Below are positions 52,884-62,566 of a stretch of 64,000 bases of DNA, piece by piece. The notes under the pieces were generated by a model. That model saw only the letters and a list, made by a program, of their open reading frames with translations. It did no database searches and had not been told where the DNA came from. Made by a program: the position numbers and the translations under genes. Positions within the stretch are counted from its first letter, which is position 1; each line of letters starts with the position of its first letter. This DNA is from Erysipelotrichaceae bacterium (GTDB lineage: Bacteria > Bacillota_I > Bacilli_A > RFN20 > CAG-826), in NCBI GenBank assembly GCA_963588055.1, contig CAVAGB010000008.1, positions 11,622 to 75,621 on the forward strand, written 5' to 3'.

Positions 52884-54770
52884 TCAGGGTTTTAGGTAAT
52901 AGAGCCTCTCGCGCCTTTCGCCCCTCTTGAACCATTTTGGGAAATCGAAGGCAATCTTGTTTTCGAAGCGTTGTTGGAAAGAGGAGAACGAAGAGAAATC
53001 CAGGCAATCTCTGAAGGAAGCTAGAAGCAAAACATAACCTATGAACACGAAGAGCGTGAACTGGGTGATGCTCGTCGCAATCTGCTCCAAAGGCAGGTAA
53101 TAAGCGATGAGGAATTCCAGCGCGGATAAGCCAAGGAAAGCAAGGCACATCGGCAGATAACCCCGCAAAAACGACTTCTTTTCCTTGCAGCAGGAGATAA
53201 TCGGGAACAAAGGAAGGAAGACGTTAGCAACGCCGAAAGCCACGATGGAATACATGACGTCCCATCCAAAGAGACGGGAAAGGTAGATCATCAAGGCGGA
53301 GGCAAGGGAAAGGAAAGCGAAGGAAGAATAAGCGAAGGTCAGCCCCTTGCTCATCGGCGTGCGCACCTTCGCGCTGGGCAATAAGCGAGGCTCGGCTTTC
53401 TTGTGGTGGTCGATGAGAAGCGGGAGGATCAGCATCAAGCAAATCAAGACCCCTTTGCCATCCGTCTCCAAGAAAGAAGTCACCTCAGAGTACCCATGGA
53501 CCAGCATGGCGCCAAAGGCGAAAAGATAAGGCAAAGTCCCTTTCCTGCGCCTGATCAAAGCGCGGACGAAGATGTAGAGGAAATAGCCGAGCAGGAAAGC
53601 GTAAACCCCCAAACGGATAGCGCCCCCAGCGCAGTACTGCAGGAAATAGCCGCTATGGATATAGCCATAGGTATCGTCGAAGAAAGCATTGCCCAAGAAC
53701 CACTGCATGTTCCCCTCGCCTAGGCCAAAGATGATGCGGAAGGGGGTGTCCATCTGTTGCACGGCGAAGACCCAGAACTCGTATCTAGCATCCATCGTCC
53801 CATGCTCGGGAGTGAATAGGCGCGTCTTGAAGAGCTCGGTCATCTTCCCGAAGAAGGAGTTGGGGATGTATTTGGTGCAAAGCGCCCAGACGAGCGCAAG
53901 CGCCCCAACCAGCACGATGAAAACGCCTAGGCACACCGAGGAGCGGATCGGATGGAAGCGGACCGTCACGATGTAACGATAGGCGATGAAACAAACCAGG
54001 TAGAAAGGTAGGATGACGAGACAGGTCTTGGAGAAGATCAGAAGCAGCTCGAAGGAGAATATCGCCATCAGAACGTAATTGACCCAGCAATGTCTGCGGC
54101 TTTGATGGATGCCGCAAACGACGACCCCCGCAAGCAAAATCGACGCAAAAGTGTTGCGGTTTCCGGTAAAGCTAGCGATTGCGACCTCATGGGGGTCCCT
54201 CGCGACGGAGGTATCGAAGAAGTCGACGTAAAGACCCCATTCAGCTATCCAGGAATAGACGATGAGGATAAGGCACATGAGGAGGAAGCCGTAGGTGTAG
54301 AGCAAAATGGATTTGGAGCTTCTGAGGCATTTTGGAGCGATCCCCCAGAAGATATAGAAATAAAAGCAAGATAGAGCGAAGGAAACCATGTAGCGGAGCC
54401 TAGTCATGCTCTCGAGCACGTAGGTTTTGCTATAGGGATCGCCGCCCCCAGGCGGGGTAAGCATGTACTCGGTGCACTTGGGGAAGAAAGTCAAAGCCAA
54501 GACATTGCCGATGCCTAACGCCAAAAACAAGCCAAAAAACACCCAGGCCGGGCGGATATGGAAATGGAGATGGGCGAAGACGCAATAGGAAAGACAAAGA
54601 AGAAGGGTGACCCCGCAAATGAGGAAATACCCAGCATCGGTGAAAAGCACGCCGTATCCTTCTAAGAAAGCGATGCCTTCGCTTAGGAAGGCGATCGAGA
54701 CGGAAACGAGGAAAAACCACCAAAAAGAAAGGGTGTACCAACGGCTGTTTTCTTTCTTTGCGAATTCCAT
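52884..54770 (-). CDS. large polytopic membrane protein, O-antigen ligase/polymerase (Wzy_C)-like
   Basis: 628 aa with more than 12 TM segments. The loop YIHSGYFLQYCAGGAIRLG resembles the Wzy_C H-x-x-(Y/F)-L...G-x-x-G motif. Confidence 0.5.
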   Translation of the reverse strand: MEFAKKENSRWYTLSFWWFFLVSVSIAFLSEGIAFLEGYGVLFTDAGYFLICGVTLLLCLSYCVFAHLHFHIRPAWVFFGLFLALGIGNVLALTFFPKCTEYMLTPPGGGDPYSKTYVLESMTRLRYMVSFALSCFYFYIFWGIAPKCLRSSKSILLYTYGFLLMCLILIVYSWIAEWGLYVDFFDTSVARDPHEVAIASFTGNRNTFASILLAGVVVCGIHQSRRHCWVNYVLMAIFSFELLLIFSKTCLVILPFYLVCFIAYRYIVTVRFHPIRSSVCLGVFIVLVGALALVWALCTKYIPNSFFGKMTELFKTRLFTPEHGTMDARYEFWVFAVQQMDTPFRIIFGLGEGNMQWFLGNAFFDDTYGYIHSGYFLQYCAGGAIRLGVYAFLLGYFLYIFVRALIRRRKGTLPYLFAFGAMLVHGYSEVTSFLETDGKGVLICLMLILPLLIDHHKKAEPRLLPSAKVRTPMSKGLTFAYSSFAFLSLASALMIYLSRLFGWDVMYSIVAFGVANVFLPLFPIISCCKEKKSFLRGYLPMCLAFLGLSALEFLIAYYLPLEQIATSITQFTLFVFIGYVLLLASFRDCLDFSSFSSFQQRFENKIAFDFPKWFKRGERRERLYYLKP

Positions 54771-54805
54771 GCTGGGCGAAATCTTACCAATAATCCTATG
54801 GATTG

Positions 54806-55675
54806 TTAATCGTTGGCGAGGTGGCTTAAGATGGTCGATCCATAGCTATTTTTCGCCATGAGGTCGCCGCGCTCTTTCGCTTTCTCCTTCGAAAGCCAAC
54901 CTTTGCGGTAAGCAATGAGCTCAGGAAAGGCGATCGGCTCCTTCTTCTCCGCGTCCTTGATGGCGAGGGAAGCCTCTAGAAGCGAATCGAAAGTCCCCGC
55001 GTCGAGCCAAAGGGTCTCTTTCCCCATCTTCTCGACTTTGACCCTGCCTTGTTTCAGATAGAGGTTATTGAGGTCGGTGATCTCATATTCGCCGCGGGCG
55101 CTGGGCTTAACTTGCTTGGCCATCGAAACGACGTCGTTAGGATAGAAATAAAGCCCCGTGACGGCGTAATTCGACTTCGGGTTCTTCGGTTTTTCCTCAA
55201 TTGAGAGGGCGTTGTTCTCATTGTCTAGCTCGACCACGCCGAAACGCTCGGGGTCGTCGACTTCATAGCCATAAAGGGTCGCGAGGCCGTCTTCGGCGCG
55301 CTTCAGCGCGTTAGGCAAAGAGGCGTTGAACTTCTCGCCATGGAAGATGTTGTCTCCGAGGACCAAGGCGCAGGGATCGTTCCCGATGAAGTCCGCCCCG
55401 ATAAGGAAGGCGGAGACGATGCCGGTGGGGACTTCCTGCACGCCATAAGAGACGTGGATCCCGAAGGCGCTGCCATCCCCGAAAAGCATCTTGAAGCGGT
55501 CCTGATCACGCTTGTTGGAGATGATCATGACATCATTGATCCCAGCTTCCATCAGAATGGAAAGGGGATAGAAAACCAATGGTTTGTCGTAGACCGGAAC
55601 GAGCAGTTTGTTCGTGACCGATGTGTTTGGGTAAAGGCGAGAGCCGTTGCCGCCGCCGAGAATGATGCCTTTCAT
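54806..55675 (-). CDS. rfbA: glucose-1-phosphate thymidylyltransferase
   Basis: ATG 55675 with AGGAGG SD. MKGIILGGGNGSRLYP, LGDNIF, YAVTGLYFY, WLDAGT. Confidence 0.9.
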   Translation of the reverse strand: MKGIILGGGNGSRLYPNTSVTNKLLVPVYDKPLVFYPLSILMEAGINDVMIISNKRDQDRFKMLFGDGSAFGIHVSYGVQEVPTGIVSAFLIGADFIGNDPCALVLGDNIFHGEKFNASLPNALKRAEDGLATLYGYEVDDPERFGVVELDNENNALSIEEKPKNPKSNYAVTGLYFYPNDVVSMAKQVKPSARGEYEITDLNNLYLKQGRVKVEKMGKETLWLDAGTFDSLLEASLAIKDAEKKEPIAFPELIAYRKGWLSKEKAKERGDLMAKNSYGSTILSHLAND

Positions 55676-55807
55676 AAAAACCTCCTGCCGTAGGGCAAGG
55701 CCATAATGATAGAACAAAACGCCTACCCAGCATAAGTCATTTGGACCATCTTTGATGGTTTCCCATTTTGTTTTTCATTTGAGGGCGAATTCAGCCATAA
55801 TATTCGC

Positions 55808-56956
55808 ATGCTTTCCTTTGAAGCCTTTTGCCACAGAAAAGACGATCCGAGTTCCGCCCTCGAGGCTTTGCTCTCCGCGGAGGGATTCGTCCAATTGCCA
55901 GAAGAATACGAGGATCTCTTTCTAAAAGGATCCTCCTGCTATGAGGGGTCGGCTTCTTTCAACGGGGTCAATTTCCTAGATCAGAAGAACAATCCCCAAG
56001 CAATCGAGGAATTCGATGGCTGCCAAATAATCGCCCCTAAACGCGAGGAGAAAGCAGAAGCAGACAACGCCTCTTTGTCGAACGCTCTTGAGGCTTATTC
56101 CAAAACGAGGGGACTTTCCTTGCCCGATACGCTCTTCCTACAGAAAGTTTGCCTGTCTTTGAACGCCAAATTGAGTCAAAAGAGCGAATACGTGTATCTG
56201 AATCTGAAGAATTGTGGGAACGCTCCGTTGCTCATCGACGTCCTCGGGCGTTTCTTCGGCGACTGCGACCTTCTCTTCTCGCTGCCTCAGAACCTGAAGT
56301 TCATCATGCCTTTCCTCTTGGAGAACGCCCCGCAAAGAAACCAGGAGCAAGAGGATAGAAACATAACCCTAGGCGACGGGTATCGGACTTTCTTCGACGA
56401 TATATGCGGAATCGCCTCGCCGGATTTCGTGACGTTCACCAAGAAAAAGAAGAAAAAGAAACCCCAGCCAAAGCAAGCGCCCGCCGTAAAATCACCCCAA
56501 AGCAAAGGGTCTAATCCAAGTGCTGACGCCAAGATGGATGAAAAAGCAAAGAAAGACGTGCTGGGGAACCTCGCTTTCTCTTTCCTTTTCGCGGCGCTTT
56601 CGATCGCCGCGCCTTATTTCTATTTCAATTTGCTCAATGAAGCGGCGAACATCTATTTCGCCATCTATATGATCTTGGACGTTTTCTTCCTGGTCATGAG
56701 CGCCGTGTCGATCTGCTATTTGAAGGAGATGAAGGCGAAGATGACGAAGGGGTGGTATTGGTTCTCGATGATGATCATGCCCATCTTCATCGTCTTAGCA
56801 AATGCCGTCTTCTTCTTGATCGCAAAGAAATGCGATTGGCTCGGAGCACAATGCTATGGCTTCTTTGGCCTAGGCTTAGGATACATAGTCATCTATCCTT
56901 TGACTCATCTGCTCTACCCGCTGATTCAGCGGCGCAAAAGAAAAGCGAAGGCTTGA
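55808..56956 (+). CDS. hypothetical protein: soluble N-domain, Lys-rich linker, 4-TM C-terminus
   Basis: 382 aa. KKKKKKKPQPKQAPAVKSPQSKG linker. No family recognised. Confidence 0.4.
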   Translation: MLSFEAFCHRKDDPSSALEALLSAEGFVQLPEEYEDLFLKGSSCYEGSASFNGVNFLDQKNNPQAIEEFDGCQIIAPKREEKAEADNASLSNALEAYSKTRGLSLPDTLFLQKVCLSLNAKLSQKSEYVYLNLKNCGNAPLLIDVLGRFFGDCDLLFSLPQNLKFIMPFLLENAPQRNQEQEDRNITLGDGYRTFFDDICGIASPDFVTFTKKKKKKKPQPKQAPAVKSPQSKGSNPSADAKMDEKAKKDVLGNLAFSFLFAALSIAAPYFYFNLLNEAANIYFAIYMILDVFFLVMSAVSICYLKEMKAKMTKGWYWFSMMIMPIFIVLANAVFFLIAKKCDWLGAQCYGFFGLGLGYIVIYPLTHLLYPLIQRRKRKAKA

Positions 56957-56976
56957 GACGGCCCTCGCTTGGTTTG

Positions 56977-57879
56977 TTAGCCTAGGATCGCGGCCATGAG
57001 GTCCTGCCAGACGATTTCTTTGTCTTTCTCGTTATGGATCTCGTGCCTCATATGGGGGTAGAGCTTAAGCTCGACTTCCTTTAAGCCTAGCTTCTTGTAG
57101 GTCTTCGCAAGCCACTTCGGACCTTCGCCGTTGCGCCCGACTGGATCCTCTTCGCCGGCGGTGATGTAGACCTTCTCGTTCTTGGAGATCTTCGCTAGTT
57201 CCTTTTTGTCCCAGATCTTGGAAAGGCCCTTCAGGAATTCGCGCCAGAAACCGCCCGAATTCTGATGTCCGCAATAGGGGTCGGCCATGTAGTTTTTGAC
57301 GTTCTCTTCGTCGTAAGAAAGCCAATCCAGGTCGGTTTTGCGGTCTTTTACGGCCTTCGTGTATGCGCCTAGCCCTAGATTATCGAGCATCTTGCAAGGC
57401 TTGTCCCAATTGGATTTATGAACCAGCATCTTGGCGATGGCGTAGCCTAATTTCATCAGGCCTTTCTGGCCGCCATTAGAGCCGATGATGATGGTCTTCT
57501 CGGTGTCTTCCGGATATCTTTCAAGCCTCGCCTGGGTCATGAACGAGCCCATGGAGTGGCCGCCTTGGATGGTCGGCAAACCGTTTTGCTTGGCGAGGAG
57601 AATCGCCTCATGGATGCCTTCGACGTTCTTAGCGAAAGCGTCTTCTCCCCAGAGCTCTTGCTCTTCTGGAGTAGCAGCGTTTCTTCCTTGGGCAAGGGCA
57701 TCGATGCCCCAGACGTTGATGCCGTTTTTGGCGAAGCGGGCGAACATCGCCTCGTAACGCGAGACGTGCTCATTCATCCCAGTGATGAAGACGAAGTTCT
57801 TCTTGGGGCTGTCGGCTTCCCAATGCCATCCTTTCATCACGGTCCCGTCTTTCAGGGTAACTTCAAATTCAGTAGCCAT
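56977..57879 (-). CDS. alpha/beta hydrolase (lysophospholipase/monoacylglycerol-lipase type)
   Basis: ATG 57879 with AAAGGGAGAG SD. FITGMNEH. Nucleophile elbow GHSMGS. Confidence 0.7.
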   Translation of the reverse strand: MATEFEVTLKDGTVMKGWHWEADSPKKNFVFITGMNEHVSRYEAMFARFAKNGINVWGIDALAQGRNAATPEEQELWGEDAFAKNVEGIHEAILLAKQNGLPTIQGGHSMGSFMTQARLERYPEDTEKTIIIGSNGGQKGLMKLGYAIAKMLVHKSNWDKPCKMLDNLGLGAYTKAVKDRKTDLDWLSYDEENVKNYMADPYCGHQNSGGFWREFLKGLSKIWDKKELAKISKNEKVYITAGEEDPVGRNGEGPKWLAKTYKKLGLKEVELKLYPHMRHEIHNEKDKEIVWQDLMAAILG

Positions 57880-57949
57880 AGTATCTCTCCCTTTTGGGAC
57901 TATGATAAAACGGCGAAACACCCAAAAGAAGGTTTTCTTTATGGGAAAA

Positions 57950-58477
57950 TCAAAATTGGTCGCTGGTAAGTCCGTCGAAATCGACGAAGAGAACGGCCTT
58001 GCCCTCTTTGCGTGAGGCAGGCACATCGATCACCCTTTGGTTGGAGGAGCCGCGGTAGCGAAGGCGGTTGAAGCCCGTGTTTTTTGCGGCGAGGTAGGGC
58101 CCGTCGACGCAGACATCGACGTATTCCATCATCGGCAAAGAGGAGATCTCTTCGTATAGATATCCCGTCCACATCCAGATCGTTTTCTCAGGATGCTTCT
58201 CCTTGATATAGCGCATCAAAACGAGACTGTCCTCGCGGTTATCGGGGAAAGTCGCTTCTCCGCCTGAGAAAGTAACGCCTGAGCAATGGGGGTTAGACAG
58301 GGCCTTGTCGATTGCGTCATATGCCCATTGGCCAAGCGGGCGGCCGAAAGAGGGGTCCTGCGCCTCTTTGTTATGGCATTCGGGGCAATGGTGGTTGCAC
58401 CCTGCGCACCAGATGACGCAGCGGAGGCCTGGGCCGTTATTGAAATCGAGGGGGTCGATGCGGATGAGGTTCATCAC
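57950..58477 (-). CDS. nrdG: anaerobic ribonucleotide reductase activating protein (radical SAM)
   Basis: NNGPGLRCVIWCAGCNHHCPECHN. SGVTFSGGE. Overlaps the nrdD stop by 4 nt. Confidence 0.9.
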   Translation of the reverse strand: MMNLIRIDPLDFNNGPGLRCVIWCAGCNHHCPECHNKEAQDPSFGRPLGQWAYDAIDKALSNPHCSGVTFSGGEATFPDNREDSLVLMRYIKEKHPEKTIWMWTGYLYEEISSLPMMEYVDVCVDGPYLAAKNTGFNRLRYRGSSNQRVIDVPASRKEGKAVLFVDFDGLTSDQF

Positions 58478-60723
58478 ATGGCCTTCCTCTCTTTGATCTC
58501 CATCAGCTTTTTGTCCGCGATGCGGGATTTCTGACGGGGGTTGTTCGATGGTTGCCTGGTGAATCCTAAATATCCGCAGACGCGCGAGATGGAGGTGATG
58601 TTCTCGCTATGGCAATGTGGGCAGGCGTCCAATTTGTCGTCGTCCCACTGCTCGCCGCAGGAATTGCAGTAGCTCTTCGCGATGTTGACCCCGAAATATA
58701 GGCCGAGCTTCATCGCGTATTTGATTTCCTCATCAATCGCCTGGAGGTTCTTGCCGGTGGGGATGCGGGTATAGCAGATGTGGCCGCCGTTAGCGATGTG
58801 GAAGAAGCTCGATTCGCGGTCCATCTTCTCGAAATGGTCGATGTCGACCCAGACGGGATTATGGAAGGAGTTGGAGAAATACTGATGCTCGCCAACGTGA
58901 TTGGTCACGCCGTATTTGCGGACGAATTGATCGCGCTGTGTATAGCAAAGCGATTCGGCAGGTGTGCCGTAAATCGCCCACAGGATGTGGTCTTCTTCCT
59001 TATGGGCATCCGCGAATTTGTTGATGTGTTGAAGGACTTCGTAAGCGAAGTCGTTGTCTTCGTCGAGGTACTTTCCGTTATAGAGCATTTGCGTCTCGTT
59101 GAGCGCGGTGAAGCCGAAGGAGAAGGTGACGTAATCCAATAAGGGCCTGACCTCCTCATCAGGCTGAAGATGCCCTTTGTAGAAGCCGCCTTGGGTGAAC
59201 ATAAGGGGGTTGCAGCTCGCCTTGATTTTGCAAAGGTACTCATAGGTGCGCTTATGGATGCCTCTGATCATCTCGAGGTAATGGTCGAGCAGCTCATAGA
59301 AGGGGAGCTTCTCAAGCTGAGCCTTGCGGAGGATCATCGGCAGATTGAGCGAGATCGCCCCGCCGTTCCAGCGTCCGGTGAAGACGGGAAGGTCATTCTC
59401 GTCCGCGGGATGGAAGCCGCCCTTGCGGTAATATAAGGATAGATAGGCGCGGCAGCCCATCGGGGAGATGACGTTATCGTGCCAATTGGGATCCTCTTCG
59501 ACCTTGTTGTCCTCTCCTAGGTACCAACGCATCACCCCGTTCTTGTATTTCTTATAGACGGAAGCGACATAGCCTTCCCCAGTTAAGGAAAGATAATCGG
59601 GGTATTGGGCCTTTGAGGAGCAGATGACCGCCTTCTTATAAAGATCCTCAAGGGCGCCTCCTTTGCCGTGCTTCTCTTCATCATAAAGGAAGACGAGCTT
59701 GGGGAAGACGGCGGGGATGCGGTTATCCTTCGCCCCTTCGCCATTTCCCCTCACGCGGAGGATGGTCTCGGAAATGCGCTTTGCTAGAGGCCTGGGATCC
59801 AGGCCGAAGGTGAAGGTGGTAAAGATGAAATCGCCTCTGCTAGAAGCGACCGTGTTCAGGTTGTATTCCAGAGCCTGAAAACCTTGCTCAAGTTCCCTAT
59901 CCAAGCGGGAATATGCGTATTTTGCGGCCTTTTCGGGGTCGACAGGATGGTCGATGTCCGCCATAAGGGAGGCGTATTCAGCAAGGTATTTCTTATAGGA
60001 TTTCTCTGCGTAGGGCTCAAGGATGGTGTCCACCTCCGGAACGGTGAATCCCCCATATTGCTGGGAGCCAGCCATCTGCATGACGTCGCACATGACATTG
60101 ATCGCCGCCCCGATCGAGGTGGGTTCGGTGTAATGCATGTTCTCCATGTCAAAGCCGCCTTGGAGGATGGCACCCATATCGCATAGGCAGCAATTCATCG
60201 TGTCGAGGCGATCGGAGATGTCGTGGACGTAGAAATAGCCTTCCTCCACAACCTGACGTTCGGCCGGGGTGAGGAAGAAACGTTTGTAGACTCCTTTGGA
60301 GAAGGCTTTGTACTTCAAGGAGCGTTTGGTGGAGATGAGCTCGGAGTCGCTATTGGCGTTGCTGTGATCGGCGTGATAGGAAAGAGAGGAGGCGGTTGCC
60401 AAAGCATCGGCGGAGATCGCCTGCATATCCGCTTTGTAATTGCGCCAGCTGCGGTATTGGTTCGCGGTGGAAGGATCGACTTCGTCCAAAGCGTTCTCCA
60501 CGTAGATATGGATGGTGGCGACGGGGATTAAGGTCTCCCCGGCATTTTGGATCTGATCTTTGACCTTGTTGACGATGGTTTGGATCTCATCGGAGGTGAA
60601 TTTGGAATCCAAACGGGCTTTGGAGGATTGGACCGCTTTCTCGATTTTCGAGGGATCGAAAGGCTCTTCTTTCCCGTTCTTTTTGCTCACTCGGACGGAA
60701 GCAAATGAAAAAGTGTTTTCCAT
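58474..60723 (-). CDS. nrdD: anaerobic ribonucleoside-triphosphate reductase (class III)
   Basis: 749 aa. N-terminal ATP-cone, C-terminal CNSCG...CPHCH Zn ribbon and glycyl-radical motif SRVCGYLG. Confidence 0.93.
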   Translation of the reverse strand: MENTFSFASVRVSKKNGKEEPFDPSKIEKAVQSSKARLDSKFTSDEIQTIVNKVKDQIQNAGETLIPVATIHIYVENALDEVDPSTANQYRSWRNYKADMQAISADALATASSLSYHADHSNANSDSELISTKRSLKYKAFSKGVYKRFFLTPAERQVVEEGYFYVHDISDRLDTMNCCLCDMGAILQGGFDMENMHYTEPTSIGAAINVMCDVMQMAGSQQYGGFTVPEVDTILEPYAEKSYKKYLAEYASLMADIDHPVDPEKAAKYAYSRLDRELEQGFQALEYNLNTVASSRGDFIFTTFTFGLDPRPLAKRISETILRVRGNGEGAKDNRIPAVFPKLVFLYDEEKHGKGGALEDLYKKAVICSSKAQYPDYLSLTGEGYVASVYKKYKNGVMRWYLGEDNKVEEDPNWHDNVISPMGCRAYLSLYYRKGGFHPADENDLPVFTGRWNGGAISLNLPMILRKAQLEKLPFYELLDHYLEMIRGIHKRTYEYLCKIKASCNPLMFTQGGFYKGHLQPDEEVRPLLDYVTFSFGFTALNETQMLYNGKYLDEDNDFAYEVLQHINKFADAHKEEDHILWAIYGTPAESLCYTQRDQFVRKYGVTNHVGEHQYFSNSFHNPVWVDIDHFEKMDRESSFFHIANGGHICYTRIPTGKNLQAIDEEIKYAMKLGLYFGVNIAKSYCNSCGEQWDDDKLDACPHCHSENITSISRVCGYLGFTRQPSNNPRQKSRIADKKLMEIKERKAM

Positions 60724-60887
60724 AAACCAAAACCTCCATTACGCGACTTCGGAGGCAATTGTTCTCCGTGCGTGCGGTGCATATTTTAGAGCAAGGGGAC
60801 GAAAAGAAAAGAGAAATGCTCAGCCAATTTAGACCGTGTATAGGAAAGGATAAATAAGGAATGCTATACCGATGTTTTTAAGAACGC

Positions 60888-61355
60888 TTATTTCTTGCCT
60901 GTGGAGCCAAATCCACCCACGCGCTCGCTCTCAAGAGGCTCATCGTCGGAAGTGATGAGATAATGCTCGAAGATGCCTTGGGCGAAGCGTTCGCCTTCTT
61001 CGATTTTGACCGCCTCGTTGCCTCGGTTATAGATGGATACGCCGATGCCCCAGACATAGTCGCTATCGATGATGCCGGTCCCATTGCTCAGGCAAAGGCC
61101 CTTTTTGATTCCCAAAGAAGAACGGATGAAGATCTTCAGCACCGCGTCCTCAGGCATATCAACGCACTTGACCCAGGCGGGGAAGAAGACGCTTTCATGG
61201 GGAGGGATCACGATCTCATAAGGCGAATAGAAATCGTATCCGGCCGAACGGGGTGTGCCTCTTCTAGGGAGGATTACTTGCTTCGGGGTTGCGTATTTGG
61301 CGTCGACCTCTTCTCTACTACAGGCGACGAAATGGGCTGAAATCACGTTGTTCAT
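60888..61355 (-). CDS. dut: dUTP diphosphatase
   Basis: ATG 61355 with AAGAGGA SD. PRSAGYDFYS, IRSSLG, GIIDSDY, RVGGFGSTG. Confidence 0.88.
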   Translation of the reverse strand: MNNVISAHFVACSREEVDAKYATPKQVILPRRGTPRSAGYDFYSPYEIVIPPHESVFFPAWVKCVDMPEDAVLKIFIRSSLGIKKGLCLSNGTGIIDSDYVWGIGVSIYNRGNEAVKIEEGERFAQGIFEHYLITSDDEPLESERVGGFGSTGKK

Positions 61356-61383
61356 GGCAAGATTATCCTCTTCTGCAGAACAC

Positions 61384-61413
61384 AAAAAAAGGAGAGTCCC
61401 CATAAAACTCTCC
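61384..61413 (-). terminator. rho-independent terminator after hsp20
   Basis: GGAGAGT (61391-97) pairs with ACTCTCC (61407-13). U7 on the minus strand. Confidence 0.75.
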
Positions 61414-61442
61414 TCGTGACGATGATTAAGGGGAAAGGAACC

Positions 61443-61880
61443 TTAATCAATCGCGATCACGCTGCCGGAATCGACTTTCTTGACGGCTTCCTTCGGGAAG
61501 CTGATCTCAAGAACGCCGTCTTTGTAAGAAGCCTTGATGTCCTTCTCCTCGACGTCTCCGACGGAATAGGAACGGGTGGCAAGGCCAGAGAAGCGCTCCC
61601 TGTGGATGAAGGCGCCTTTCTTGTTCTTGATGTCCTCGGTGCGGTTGACCTTTGCCTTGACGGTGAGATAGCCATCCTTAAGCGAAAGGTTGATGTTCTT
61701 CTTGTCCATGCCGGGCATCTCAATCGAGATGACGTAGTTGTCGCCTTCCTCGGTGATGTCGCTCTTCATATTGAGGACGCCGTAATCCTCGCTTTCATTC
61801 TCCCCGCCGAATAAGGCATCGAAGAAGGGGTCGAGGAACCCACCATTGTAACGAGACACATTGTTTTCCATAAATTTCAA
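61443..61880 (-). CDS. Hsp20/alpha-crystallin small heat-shock protein
   Basis: 145 aa. DITEEGDNYVISIEMPGMDKKNINL...GVLEISFPK. Confidence 0.88.
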   Translation of the reverse strand: MKFMENNVSRYNGGFLDPFFDALFGGENESEDYGVLNMKSDITEEGDNYVISIEMPGMDKKNINLSLKDGYLTVKAKVNRTEDIKNKKGAFIHRERFSGLATRSYSVGDVEEKDIKASYKDGVLEISFPKEAVKKVDSGSVIAID

Positions 61881-61901
61881 ACCTCCTGATTGGTTTTGTT
61901 T

Positions 61902-61928
61902 TTAGCACTCTTCGTTCTCAAGTGCTAA
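61902..61928. promoter_or_regulatory. CIRCE (HrcA operator) copy 1
   Basis: TTAGCACTC-N9-AAGTGCTAA against the consensus TTAGCACTC-N9-GAGTGCTAA (1 mismatch). Confidence 0.85.
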
Positions 61929-61947
61929 CAATAGAATAATCCGCTTT

Positions 61948-61974
61948 TTGGCACTGTCAAGGGCTGAGTGCTAA
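61948..61974. promoter_or_regulatory. CIRCE (HrcA operator) copy 2
   Basis: TTGGCACTG-N9-GAGTGCTAA (2 mismatches in the left arm), 46 bp from copy 1. Confidence 0.75.
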
Positions 61975-62046
61975 TTTTTTTGAAATTCTTTTCGATCCCA
62001 ATTTGCCACGACAGCGACGGATGTTTTTCTCTATAAATGCAGCCAT

Positions 62047-62535
62047 TCACGCCATCGCAGGCGAAAAATATGTTTCTTTTTCGCCGATATTCTCCCCTTC
62101 AATGAAAGCCGCATTTCTCCTTATCTCCTCCCTCCTTCCTCGGAAATCCGGAAGCAAAAGCCAGGAGGAAGAGCAAACCTCCCTGGCTTTCTTCTGAACC
62201 AAGGAATTGAGCTCCTCGCAGAAAGAATAGCAACGGATGCTCTCCTCGCTCTTGTTCCACCTCTGATACCAATAACAGGCATCTTGATATAAGGAAGCAA
62301 TGTCATCCCCTTTCTCTAAAAACAACCCAAGCTCTTGAATCGTGGGCTTGATGCCGTGGCTGGCGTCGAAGAAGACATAGGAATAGAGGCTGATGAGCCT
62401 TATGCATTCCTGATCGATGGGGAAGGCTTTCTTCCCGCGGTAAAAAGTCGCCGTGTCTCGGCTTACGAGATTCACCACGAAGGTGGCGAACTTCTCTCGC
62501 TCTACGCTGAACGTATCCAAACAAGTCATAAACAA
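62047..62535 (-). CDS. hypothetical protein, co-transcribed with ybaK
   Basis: 162 aa with no recognised motif. Lies 31 nt downstream of ybaK. Confidence 0.35.
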   Translation of the reverse strand: MFMTCLDTFSVEREKFATFVVNLVSRDTATFYRGKKAFPIDQECIRLISLYSYVFFDASHGIKPTIQELGLFLEKGDDIASLYQDACYWYQRWNKSEESIRCYSFCEELNSLVQKKAREVCSSSWLLLPDFRGRREEIRRNAAFIEGENIGEKETYFSPAMA

Positions 62536-62566
62536 CCTCCACCTCTTAATAAAGGCGAATTGTCGT

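Noticed and set aside
60724-60887. NrdR box or cobalamin riboswitch upstream of nrdD
   Set aside because: No pair of 16-bp ACACnATATATnGTGT-like palindromes and no B12-box were found. The region is too short for a cobalamin aptamer.
20414-61403. N-terminal extensions in the ORF track (for example 20414..21373, 27659..28141, 49703..50782, 54806..55717, 56977..58026, 60888..61403)
   Set aside because: The extensions overlap the upstream gene or a terminator, lack SDs and translate to junk. Internal ATGs with GGAGG-type SDs match the family N-termini and were used instead.
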